Source: an uncultured Candidatus Peregrinibacteria bacterium (GTDB taxonomy: Bacteria; Patescibacteriota; Gracilibacteria; UBA1369). Taken from it: DNA of 64,000 nt. The first letter of the stretch is position 1. The number at the start of each line of letters is the position of its first letter. A program made the position numbers and the translations under genes. The stretch covers positions 2,759-66,758 of the forward strand of contig CALMAI010000002.1 in NCBI GenBank assembly GCA_937858825.1, given 5' to 3'. A model generated the notes under the pieces. The model saw only the letters and a program-made list of their open reading frames with translations, was not told where the DNA came from and did not search any database. Of this stretch, positions 29,059-37,145 are shown piece by piece.

Positions 29059-30282
29059 ATGCGAAGATTTAATAAAAATTTCATGTTGGGTGCGGTGATT
29101 GCTGTGATGGCTTTTTCCGGACTCGCGCAGGCACAGGTTTTTCCTGATTTAGCCATTGATAATGACAACTATCTGGCGATTGAATATATGAATCAGTATG
29201 GATCAATGACCGGTTATGCTGATGGAACTTTTCGTCCAAACAAAGCCCTGAATCGGGCGGAATTGATGAAGGTTGTTTTCGCGGCCAGCTCAATTGAAGA
29301 TGGTTTTGGGGGAAACTCGGATGGAGAGGAGCAGGTTGCAGAGCCGGATGCAGAGCAGTGTTTTGCGGATGTGCCGGAGGATGCGTGGTTCGCGGAAGCG
29401 GTCTGTATTGCCAAGGCTGAAAATATAATTGGAGGCTATGAGGATGGCACTTTTAAGCCGGATCAGAAGGTTTCGGTTGTGGAAGCGGCGAAGATCATTG
29501 CGTTAGCGAAAGGTATAGAGGTGAGTGAGGGAGGGGATTTTTGGTATAGCCCTTACCTGAGGGCTTTGGGGAATGAAGGTGTTTTGCCGGAATCTTTTGA
29601 ATACGCCAATCAGGAGGGGAGTCGGGGTGAGTTGGCAGAGATGATGTGGCGATTGGCTGGGGCCGAATCGGCTGCGGATCCATCGCTTTTGAGTCGGGCA
29701 AATGTTGCTGAAATTGAAGGGTCAACCTGTTCGCCGTCGCCGGAGGATATGCCGGAAAATATTGATATGGATCGTGTGCGTGAAACGTGGCTGGGGTGGA
29801 ATAATGATACGCGTGCCGGGCTTGGACTTGCGGCGTATGAGTATGAACCACAGCTTGGGCGAACTGCGGCGATCTGGTCGGAGCGGGCCGAAAATCTGGG
29901 ATATATTTCGCACACCCGGCCGGGTTCGAGTGCTTATTATGACTATAGTTTGATTGGGCGTTGGTTCGCGGATTTAGGGGTGGAGTTTGAGCGCAGTGGA
30001 GGCCGGTCTGACTATGTTGAAAACATCGCCTGGGAGTACTATTCCTGCAACGATGGGGAGTGTACCGACGAATTGATTGCCGGAATTCGCAAGAGCTACG
30101 ATTTCTTTGTTGGAGAAAAAGGACGGGCGTATTCACCGCACTACGACAGTATTGTGAGTCCAAACTACAAATATCTTGGCCTTGGCATTGCTGTTGATGA
30201 AACGGCCAACGGTGGCAAGTTCTATCTGACAGTCCATTACGGAACGGAGATTACTTCGAATCCGGATCCGATTTGTCCGTAG
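29059..30282 (+). CDS. secreted SLH-domain protein with C-terminal CAP/SCP (PR-1-like) domain
   Basis: Signal peptide. Two SLH-like units (FPDLAIDNDNYLAIEYMNQYGSMTGYADGTFRPNKALNRAELMKVV; FADVPEDAWFAEAVCIAKAENIIGGYEDGTFKPDQKVSVVEAAKII). The C-terminus has a CAP pattern (WNNDTRAGLGL..., SHTR, GHYDSIVSPNYKYLGLGIAV-like). Confidence 0.7.
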   Translation: MRRFNKNFMLGAVIAVMAFSGLAQAQVFPDLAIDNDNYLAIEYMNQYGSMTGYADGTFRPNKALNRAELMKVVFAASSIEDGFGGNSDGEEQVAEPDAEQCFADVPEDAWFAEAVCIAKAENIIGGYEDGTFKPDQKVSVVEAAKIIALAKGIEVSEGGDFWYSPYLRALGNEGVLPESFEYANQEGSRGELAEMMWRLAGAESAADPSLLSRANVAEIEGSTCSPSPEDMPENIDMDRVRETWLGWNNDTRAGLGLAAYEYEPQLGRTAAIWSERAENLGYISHTRPGSSAYYDYSLIGRWFADLGVEFERSGGRSDYVENIAWEYYSCNDGECTDELIAGIRKSYDFFVGEKGRAYSPHYDSIVSPNYKYLGLGIAVDETANGGKFYLTVHYGTEITSNPDPICP

Positions 30283-30841
30283 TTGAAGCGCTCATTTGAT
30301 TCTCAACTCCTTCTGCAAACTTGGGCCACATCACCTTGTTTAGAGGGTAGGCATAATTAGCGGCTGCGCCACTTAAGAACATCGCGTCTTGTGAGTTTGG
30401 ATCTTTAACTCCGTAAAGTTCTTCAATCAGTGGACGGTGAAGGGGGATCAAATCTTTTAGGTCCCATAGGTGCATATCCTGCGTTCGTGTTCCTTGGTGA
30501 ACTTCTTCTTCTGTACATGGCTCTCCGTGAACATAGTAGGTTCTGCAGGCAAGTGGGCGAACTTCATAGACTCCACATTCTCCTTCAACAAGAAACGGAC
30601 ACTCTTCAGTTTCTGAAGTAGCGGCTTTCATCTGTTCGAGCATCTTTTGCCCAACCGCGGTTGTGGCTTTTTCTGCTATGTAATCAACAATGTTAAATGC
30701 TTCGGGTTGAAAAACCATGACATCACTGCTTTTTTTGCAGCAGGCGTCGCAACCTTTGTGGCACGCAATGTTGTCGCAGTTTTTCATTTCTTTGTCGATG
30801 TAAGCATCTACGTCTTGATAGACTTTGAGGAGTTTTTTCAT
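30251..30841 (-). CDS. YkgJ/UPF0153-like Cys-cluster (Zn/Fe-chelating) protein
   Basis: CHKGCDACCKK cluster near the N-terminus plus later Cys residues (ECPFL, CGVYEVRPLACR), typical of the CxxCxxCC family. 32-nt convergent overlap with the CAP gene. Confidence 0.5.
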   Translation of the reverse strand: MKKLLKVYQDVDAYIDKEMKNCDNIACHKGCDACCKKSSDVMVFQPEAFNIVDYIAEKATTAVGQKMLEQMKAATSETEECPFLVEGECGVYEVRPLACRTYYVHGEPCTEEEVHQGTRTQDMHLWDLKDLIPLHRPLIEELYGVKDPNSQDAMFLSGAAANYAYPLNKVMWPKFAEGVENQMSASTTDKSDPDSK

Positions 30842-30850
30842 GGTTTTAAG

Positions 30851-31573
30851 TTAGAGTATTTCTTGAATGGAGTGGATGATTCTATCCGGTTTGGCGGGCG
30901 CGTTTTGGGGAAGTCCGGATTTGCGCCAGTCGTTCCAGATGGTTTGAATGCCCAGCTGGCTTGCTCCGAAGATGTCTGATGTTAAGCTGTCACCGATCAT
31001 CGTGGCAAGGGAGGTATTATCACCATCGATTTTATAAAAGTCAAGCGCGTGTTGGAAGATGCGGGAATCTGGTTTGTCGTAGCCGAAGGCTCCGGAAATG
31101 ATGATGTTATCGAAATATTTGTCCAGGTGGAAACGGTCGATTTTGCGTTGTTGAACCTCTGCGTTGCTGTTGGTGATCATGGTGAGGGGAGTGCCGCGCT
31201 GTTGAAGCTCCCGTAATGTTTCCAGCGCTCCTGGGAAAGGGTAGATCAGCTCTTCCCGGCGATGAGTGAAGTAGTCGGCAATGGTGTTGGCGACCTCCTG
31301 ATTTGGCACAGCAATCCCTTCGGCTTTCAGCATTTCAAAGGCTTTGGAAACGACTTGCCGGCGGGCTTCCACCAGATTGTGCATCATTTTTTTGAAGCGT
31401 TTTTCATCGGACCAGAACCATGAACTGGCAGCTAAAATCACATTCAAAAGCTGCGATGATGAAAGGTTGGAAAAGTGGTCGATATAGATGTCACAGGCTT
31501 CGGTCCAGGCTTGTTCCGACACGCCGTGGTACACCAGAATGGTATCGTCGAGGTCGAAAAAAAGTGGTTGCAT
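30851..31573 (-). CDS. HAD-superfamily hydrolase
   Basis: Motif I FFDLDDTIL, motif II ITNS, motif III/IV K...GDSLTSDI. Confidence 0.8.
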   Translation of the reverse strand: MQPLFFDLDDTILVYHGVSEQAWTEACDIYIDHFSNLSSSQLLNVILAASSWFWSDEKRFKKMMHNLVEARRQVVSKAFEMLKAEGIAVPNQEVANTIADYFTHRREELIYPFPGALETLRELQQRGTPLTMITNSNAEVQQRKIDRFHLDKYFDNIIISGAFGYDKPDSRIFQHALDFYKIDGDNTSLATMIGDSLTSDIFGASQLGIQTIWNDWRKSGLPQNAPAKPDRIIHSIQEIL

Positions 31574-31602
31574 GAGCTGTAACGTGTTATTTAATTTTCT
31601 TG

Positions 31603-32178
31603 TTAGCGTGCTTTTACAGGATGCTTTTTGTATTTCTGTGAGTAAGGTTCACAGAGTTCGCGGAGGACATCGATCTCTTCGTGTTTGTTTTCGCGGATGA
31701 TTTCAATCAGATTGGTGAAGGTGGCGGGATGGGGGATATAGTTGAGAGAAATGGTTTCTGTCACGGCGGCCAGATTAATAATCACGCTGCCGTAATCCAA
31801 AAGGTTTGGGAGCAGTCCGTGCATTTTTTCTTCGACTTCGTGGATTTCATCTATGCGGACGTAGAGAATGTCGTTGCGAACAAATGGCATGTTCCGAAAG
31901 TGAATAACCCGCTGATTGGTAATGAGTGATGATGAGAGCTGCCAATGAAGAAGTCGATAAAAGAACCAGTGATTACCAATAGTGAGGATGATAACAGCTC
32001 CTATAAAATGGATGTTGGCAGTCATTTGCTCATTAGAGAGAAATGCCAGGTGGATGAAGCTCAGAGCCAGACTCCATACTAAAAACAGACTGAGCAGGGG
32101 TTTGATTAACTGCACCCAATGACGGTTCACGTGGATGATAATGTCTTCATTTTCGATCTTTTTGTGGCTGTCGTTCAT
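31603..32178 (-). CDS. membrane protein with bacterial PH (YdbS/YdbT-like) domain
   Basis: Two TM helices followed by ITNQRVIHFRNMPFVRNDILYVRIDEIHEVEEK...YGSVIINLA, the bPH_2-like pattern. Confidence 0.5.
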   Translation of the reverse strand: MNDSHKKIENEDIIIHVNRHWVQLIKPLLSLFLVWSLALSFIHLAFLSNEQMTANIHFIGAVIILTIGNHWFFYRLLHWQLSSSLITNQRVIHFRNMPFVRNDILYVRIDEIHEVEEKMHGLLPNLLDYGSVIINLAAVTETISLNYIPHPATFTNLIEIIRENKHEEIDVLRELCEPYSQKYKKHPVKAR

Positions 32179-32414
32179 GAGAAGATGGTGCTAAGGCCTA
32201 CGTAAAGATATGTTGTGTAGATAATGGTGCCGATGATAATAAGAAGGTAGAGGGCGCGGGAGCGGATGGTCGATTTCTTTGGGAGTTCTACTTGGTTGCG
32301 AAGAAGGAAGGTGCGCTGCTGCATTTCCAGGATGCGTGTAACCTGCTGGTGCATAAAGAGATACACCAAAACAGAAATGATGTTCAACGCGATAAGAGTG
32401 ATGAGAAACCACAT
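32175..32414 (-). CDS. small two-TM membrane protein
   Basis: 79 aa with two hydrophobic helices. 4-nt overlap with the downstream PH-domain gene. Confidence 0.4.
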   Translation of the reverse strand: MWFLITLIALNIISVLVYLFMHQQVTRILEMQQRTFLLRNQVELPKKSTIRSRALYLLIIIGTIIYTTYLYVGLSTIFS

Positions 32415-32497
32415 GTTAGAGACTCAGAAAGTTATAGTATAGCCTACGATATACCAATTTGATGTGTTGACCTAATGTTTTTTGGTATAATGCGTTC

Positions 32498-33013
32498 ATG
32501 CGAAAAAAGCCTGTTAAAGTTGTGGTGAACGATCTAATGCAGACCGGTTATTCGTATTTGCTGGTGGAGCCGGAGGGGAAGAATTTTGATCCAGAATTTA
32601 AACCGGATTTAACGCCCAAGCAGATGCTGGAGATGGGGATTTTTGGCGGAAAGTACATGACGGATTGCAAGAAGGAGTTTCCGGCTTCGTGGTTTGCGAA
32701 GGCGAAGCTCTGCCATGAAAAGCATGACGCGAAGCTGAACTTTTTTGGGGTGAACGCGTCGAAGCCTTTGAGTTATTGGGTGAAGAAGGGATGGATTTAT
32801 CCGGAGGATCCGCGCGGATGGTTTCAATGGTATTGCCGTTATTACATGGGGAGGCGTATTCCAGAGGAGGATGCGCGGCAGATTAAGCGGTGGAAAGCCA
32901 TGACGCGTCACATTGCGCAGGTGCGGAAAAATTGCACGGCGGGGGATTTGTTGTGCCGGCCGCGCCAACGGCAGGCGCTTTTGCACTGGGCGTATGATAG
33001 CCGGAAATTTTAG
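32498..33013 (+). CDS. conserved-looking hypothetical protein (Trp/Arg-rich)
   Basis: 171 aa with distinctive blocks GIFGGKYMTDC, DPRGWFQWYCRYYMGRR and DARQIKRWKA. I cannot name a family from memory. Confidence 0.5.
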   Translation: MRKKPVKVVVNDLMQTGYSYLLVEPEGKNFDPEFKPDLTPKQMLEMGIFGGKYMTDCKKEFPASWFAKAKLCHEKHDAKLNFFGVNASKPLSYWVKKGWIYPEDPRGWFQWYCRYYMGRRIPEEDARQIKRWKAMTRHIAQVRKNCTAGDLLCRPRQRQALLHWAYDSRKF

Positions 33014-33327
33014 GAGTTGACCTTCTTTTTTTTGTCGACTTTGAGGATTTTTACTTCTAGTTGAAGCTTTTTGCCAAGTTTTTCTTTGGCGATTTCAACG
33101 TCGTAGTGATTTTGGAGGTTGAGCCAAAAATCGGTGCTCATATTGAAGTATCGACCCAGACGTAGAGCTGTGTCTGCGCTCATGGCGCGTTTGCCATGAA
33201 CGATTTCGTTTATGCGCCTCGGTGGGACGCCAATGTCTTTGGCTACACGGTACTGGCTGAGGTTGAGGGGTTTCATGAACTCTTCGTTGAGGATTTCGCC
33301 GGGGTGGGGGATGTGAAGCTTTTTCAA
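33010..33327 (-). CDS. higA: HigA-family antitoxin (XRE HTH)
   Basis: HPGEILNEEFMKPLNLSQYRVAKDIGVPPRRINEIVHGKRAMSADTALRLGRYFNMSTDFWLNLQNHYD is canonical HigA. TTG start. Confidence 0.85.
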   Translation of the reverse strand: MKKLHIPHPGEILNEEFMKPLNLSQYRVAKDIGVPPRRINEIVHGKRAMSADTALRLGRYFNMSTDFWLNLQNHYDVEIAKEKLGKKLQLEVKILKVDKKKKVNS

Positions 33328-33497
33328 TGGTAGTCGGTTATTTCTAAATTATAGACATGATTGTTGATCCAGTGGAAGCAGTCTGATAGTTTCATTGCAG
33401 AATCTATCATTGAAAGTTTATTGGTTATTCGTTGATGTAATTCTTGGGGAACTTTTTTTGAAGGTTTTGCTTCTTTATCTTTAAAAGATTTAATCAT
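33324..33497 (-). pseudogene. HigB-family toxin remnant (57 aa, internal deletion)
   Basis: My own translation, since the ORF is below the 60-aa cutoff of the track: MIKSFKDKEAKPSKKVPQELHQRITNKLSMIDSAMKLSDCFHWINNHVYNLEITDYH*. Its N-terminus (MIKSFK) and C-terminus (VYxLxxxDYH) match HigB ends, but about 35 aa of the core are missing. The stop TGA overlaps the higA TTG start. Confidence 0.6.
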
Positions 33498-33513
33498 TAA
33501 TGCGTCGCGTTAA

Positions 33514-33528
33514 TAACGTACCACGTTA
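33514..33528. promoter_or_regulatory. candidate higBA operator palindrome
   Basis: TAACGT-acc-ACGTTA has perfect 6-bp inverted arms and lies 17 nt upstream of the higB-remnant ATG. Confidence 0.3.
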
Positions 33529-33605
33529 ATAGGGTGATGGTCAATGTATACTTAAAATACCTTCTTAGGGTGAAGGATTCTTAATGTCTGGATAAATTCT
33601 GGTCA

Positions 33606-34382
33606 CTATTTGAGGTTCTCCAACTCCTGCAAATAGAGGCTCAACTCTTCGGTGTCTTCTGGGCTGAGTGGAGGTGGTTCTGGCGCGTCCAGGCAGGCTT
33701 TAATGTCCTGGAGGGTTTGTTCAATCCAGCTGTCGTCGCCATCGTATTCCAGGATGGTCATGTTAAAGGAGAGGACGCCGGTTTGGCCGGTTGGGTCTGC
33801 GGAGTCCATGAATCCGGGTTTGGATTTATCGCCGTTGGCGTAGACAAAGTAGGCTTTTGAGTTCACGGTGAAGCCGTTTTGGCGGAGCAGCCATTGGTAG
33901 ATTTCGGCCTGGCGTTTGTAGGCCTGTTTGTATTCGTCGTCCAGGCTGGGTTCTTTTTCGGTGGAGGTGGATTTGTAGTCGACCACGTGGATCTCTTGTT
34001 TGGGGTTGATCCAGATGTCATCCACGGCTCCGGTAATGAGCAGGTTGGTGGCTTTGTGGTGCGTCTGGACTCCCTCAAAGTTGGCGCGCCAGGTTTCCAG
34101 ATCTTCGTGCTGAAAGGGGATCGCGTTGATCTTGTATTTGGTCATGAGTGGGTGCGGCTTCTGTTGGTTTCGGTATTGATCGAACTCGTTTTTCAGCAGT
34201 TGGTCCACGGCCGAATTGAGCGTGAAGGCCGGCATGCCGGGCAGACTGATGCCACGGCGGCGATCCAGATAGAAGAGATGCGGCGACTTGAGGAAGAGCT
34301 CAATCTTCGACCGGCTGAGCTTGTATGGATGGTCCGGGTCGGCGTTGAGGGTGGGGTCGTAGATGTTGCGGGATCGGGGCAT
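33606..34382 (-). CDS. PD-(D/E)XK nuclease (Cas4/RecB-like fold, no Fe-S cysteines)
   Basis: SRSKIELFLKSPHLFYL (N-terminal helix), GAVDDI (motif II Asp), VVDYKS (motif III D-x-K), QAEIYQWL (QxxxY). Last gene of the R-M operon. Visibly GC-rich. Confidence 0.65.
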   Translation of the reverse strand: MPRSRNIYDPTLNADPDHPYKLSRSKIELFLKSPHLFYLDRRRGISLPGMPAFTLNSAVDQLLKNEFDQYRNQQKPHPLMTKYKINAIPFQHEDLETWRANFEGVQTHHKATNLLITGAVDDIWINPKQEIHVVDYKSTSTEKEPSLDDEYKQAYKRQAEIYQWLLRQNGFTVNSKAYFVYANGDKSKPGFMDSADPTGQTGVLSFNMTILEYDGDDSWIEQTLQDIKACLDAPEPPPLSPEDTEELSLYLQELENLK

Positions 34383-34387
34383 GGGGG

Positions 34388-34762
34388 TTATTTAATTGTT
34401 CCTTCTTTTTTTGCTTTTGACATCAGTTTATTGAGGTCTTTTGCAGGGATTATTGGGCAAAATTGTCCCCAGACCCATTTCCCTTTTCTATTTCCATTTT
34501 TTCCAATCATGAAATATCCAATTCTATATACAATTTTTCCTGTTTTGTTACCGTCTTGATGAGTAATTTCCCCTTTAGTCGATGAGAGTCGTAGTCTTTC
34601 AAGAAGGAGGACCTTTTCCTTAATGGTTGATTCGGGCATGAATGTCCATGCTTCACGGGTATATATGTGCCAACCTTTTCTTCCAATGTCTTTCATTCGT
34701 ATTGGTTTGGCCTTCTTAAATTGCTCGTTTTTTCTCTGGATGAATTGTTGGAGTGTTTCCAT
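34388..34762 (-). CDS. hypothetical protein (orphan, 124 aa)
   Basis: Lys/Gly-rich ORF between hsdR (25-nt gap) and the PD-(D/E)XK gene (5-nt gap). No motif recognised. Confidence 0.5.
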   Translation of the reverse strand: METLQQFIQRKNEQFKKAKPIRMKDIGRKGWHIYTREAWTFMPESTIKEKVLLLERLRLSSTKGEITHQDGNKTGKIVYRIGYFMIGKNGNRKGKWVWGQFCPIIPAKDLNKLMSKAKKEGTIK

Positions 34763-34787
34763 ATATTGTATGATTCTCTGTATTTTT

Positions 34788-37106
34788 TTAAGTTGTGGTT
34801 TTGTGCTTTGAGTAGAGTGTTTTTTGAAAATTGAAGAATACAGCTCTAATTTTTGTTACATCACCGAGTTTATCTTGTGCATCTGCAATGGCGTGATATT
34901 TGAGATTTAGGAGTTTTGGTAATTTTTCCTCATCGAGTTCATCAACACCAGCTTCAATATATTGAGATAGTACAAATTCGATGAATTCTATTTCGTTGTC
35001 ATTCAATCCTTTGTATATGTTACTTCTTGATTCATCTACACGTTCGCTGCGTGTAATAGGCTGACTTGCAAAGGCAACGTAGGCTAATACATCAAATAAA
35101 TCGCTTTCGTCGGCATTTATAAGATGTTGGAGACTTTCAAGTTCTTCCTTTCCATAGCCAAGTTCGGAAATTCGTTGTAAAAATGCTTTTCGAGTTGTTG
35201 GATTTGACCATATTTGTCGTAGTTCAGCTTCATTTTTGAAAAATGTGGGAAGGTCGCCGTAAAGGCTTTGGAGGAACTCTTCTGCGGAGATAGGTTTTCC
35301 ATCGGCGCTCCAGAAGGAAGTCGAAATCATGTGTTGTATTTCTCGTTCTTTTCCGTCTCTCAGTTTAATTTTGATTTTTTTCGGTCTTTTTTTGGTTTCT
35401 TCCTCAGGTTTTAATTCTTTTTCTACCTTTTCGTGCGCTTCTTTTACTTTTCTTGGCTCTTTTTCTATTGTTTCATTGAGTGGTTCACCATCCCATTCAG
35501 GATCGTTAAAATGATGATATGCATTAACGAAGTCTAAGATGGTAAAGAACTCCTTTCCGTCAAAGAGTCGTGTTCCACGTCCAACGATCTGTTTGAACTC
35601 AATCATGGAGTTTACAGGTCGCATGAGAACTATATAGCGAATGTTTCGGGCATCAACTCCGGTTGATAGTTTTTGTGATGTGGTAAGGATTGTTGGAATG
35701 TTTTTCTCATTATCCTGAAAATCTCGTAAATACTGTTCTCCTCGGGCTCCATCGTTGGCGGTTACTCTTACACAGTAGTATGGATTTTTACTTTTGGCAT
35801 ACTGATTTACTAAGTCGCGAACAGCTGCTGCGTGCTCTTGTGTAGCGCAAAAGATAATGGCTTTTTCGTCCTCATTCATTTCATTTAAAGCAATTTGGAC
35901 TCTCTTTGCTTCACGCTCTTTGATCTCAATAATTCGATTGAAATCCTCTTCCTGATAGATTTTTCCTTCTTCTACTTCACCTTCTATGAGTTGGTCATCG
36001 GAAGTGTACATATATTCGTCGAGGGTGGTTTGGATTCTTCTGACCTTAAATGGTGTTAAGAATCCATCATTGATACCTGTTTTGAGCGAGTAGGTGTATA
36101 CGGGTTCTCCAAAGTATCGATATGTGTCTACGTTGTCTTTTCGCTTTGGTGTTGCGGTTAATCCGAGTTGAACAGCAGGGGAAAAGTGTTCCAAGATCGC
36201 ACGCCAGTTGGATTCGTCGTTGGCTCCTCCTCGGTGACATTCGTCAATAATGATGAAATCGAAGAAGTCAGGATTGTATTCACCAAAATATGGGCTTCCA
36301 TTCGGTCCGCTCATAAAGGTTTGGAAGATGGTGAAGAAGATGCTGCCGTTTGTTGGGACCGAACCCTTCTTGCGAATGTCGAGGGGCTTGATTCTCACCA
36401 TGGCATCTTCTGGGAAGGGAGAAAAGTTATTGAAGGCTTGATCTGCCAAGATGTTACGATCAGCAAGGAAGAGTATGCGTGGTTGGCGGCCGCCGTCTCG
36501 ATTTAAGTTCCATCGTGAGTGAAAGAGTTTCCAGGCGATTTGAAAAGCTATAAATGTTTTTCCTGTACCGGTTGCCAGGGTTAAGAGTATTCGCTCTTTT
36601 CCGTCTGCGATGGCATTGAGTGCTTTGTTGACGGCAATTTCTTGATAGTAGCGTGGTTTTTTGGTTCCGCTTTTGTCTTCAAAGTGTATAGCATCAAATT
36701 TTGCTCGCCATTCGTTCGATTTAGCATTGATTCTATTCCAGAGTTCCTCTGGGGTAGGGAAGCGATCAACAAGACCTTCATCTCCATTCATTGCTATTTC
36801 ATAAATCTCTTTGCCATTGGTGCTATAGGTGTATTCAAGGTGGAGCTTGTCAGCATATGCTTTAGCTTGGGCTACTCCTTCAGAGACTTCAAGTTCATCG
36901 CTTTTTGCTTCAATAACGGCAATTTTTTGATTTTTGTAGACTAAAACATAGTCAGCGATTTCTGGCTTTGCTCGAAGACCACCGGTTTGTATTTTTCCAT
37001 CGGTAATGCGGTATTCGCGGAGTATTTTTGAATCTTCAACTTCACCCCAGCCAGCTTCTTTTAGTTTTGGGTCTATATACTCAGCTCTGGTTTCTGCTTC
37101 GTTCAT
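34788..37106 (-). CDS. hsdR: Type I restriction enzyme, R subunit
   Basis: MNEAETRAEYIDPKLKEAGW (HsdR N-terminal nuclease region), helicase motif I LATGTGKT, motif II IIIDECHRG, motif VI QIVGRGTR. Confidence 0.92.
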   Translation of the reverse strand: MNEAETRAEYIDPKLKEAGWGEVEDSKILREYRITDGKIQTGGLRAKPEIADYVLVYKNQKIAVIEAKSDELEVSEGVAQAKAYADKLHLEYTYSTNGKEIYEIAMNGDEGLVDRFPTPEELWNRINAKSNEWRAKFDAIHFEDKSGTKKPRYYQEIAVNKALNAIADGKERILLTLATGTGKTFIAFQIAWKLFHSRWNLNRDGGRQPRILFLADRNILADQAFNNFSPFPEDAMVRIKPLDIRKKGSVPTNGSIFFTIFQTFMSGPNGSPYFGEYNPDFFDFIIIDECHRGGANDESNWRAILEHFSPAVQLGLTATPKRKDNVDTYRYFGEPVYTYSLKTGINDGFLTPFKVRRIQTTLDEYMYTSDDQLIEGEVEEGKIYQEEDFNRIIEIKEREAKRVQIALNEMNEDEKAIIFCATQEHAAAVRDLVNQYAKSKNPYYCVRVTANDGARGEQYLRDFQDNEKNIPTILTTSQKLSTGVDARNIRYIVLMRPVNSMIEFKQIVGRGTRLFDGKEFFTILDFVNAYHHFNDPEWDGEPLNETIEKEPRKVKEAHEKVEKELKPEEETKKRPKKIKIKLRDGKEREIQHMISTSFWSADGKPISAEEFLQSLYGDLPTFFKNEAELRQIWSNPTTRKAFLQRISELGYGKEELESLQHLINADESDLFDVLAYVAFASQPITRSERVDESRSNIYKGLNDNEIEFIEFVLSQYIEAGVDELDEEKLPKLLNLKYHAIADAQDKLGDVTKIRAVFFNFQKTLYSKHKTTT

Positions 37107-37145
37107 GGGAATGGGGCTTATAGTATGTATAGCTTACGAGTAAAT

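Noticed and set aside
29495-30163. 222-aa minus-strand ORF and other ORFs inside the SLH-CAP gene
   Set aside because: They are antisense to a gene with a signal peptide, SLH units and a CAP domain. The translation is Pro/Arg/His/Gln-rich with no structure.
33879-34559. 226-aa plus-strand ORF across the PD-(D/E)XK and ORF124 genes
   Set aside because: It is a shadow ORF in a GC-rich segment, with Gly/Val/Phe-rich low complexity. It spans two well-formed minus-strand genes and their 5-nt junction.
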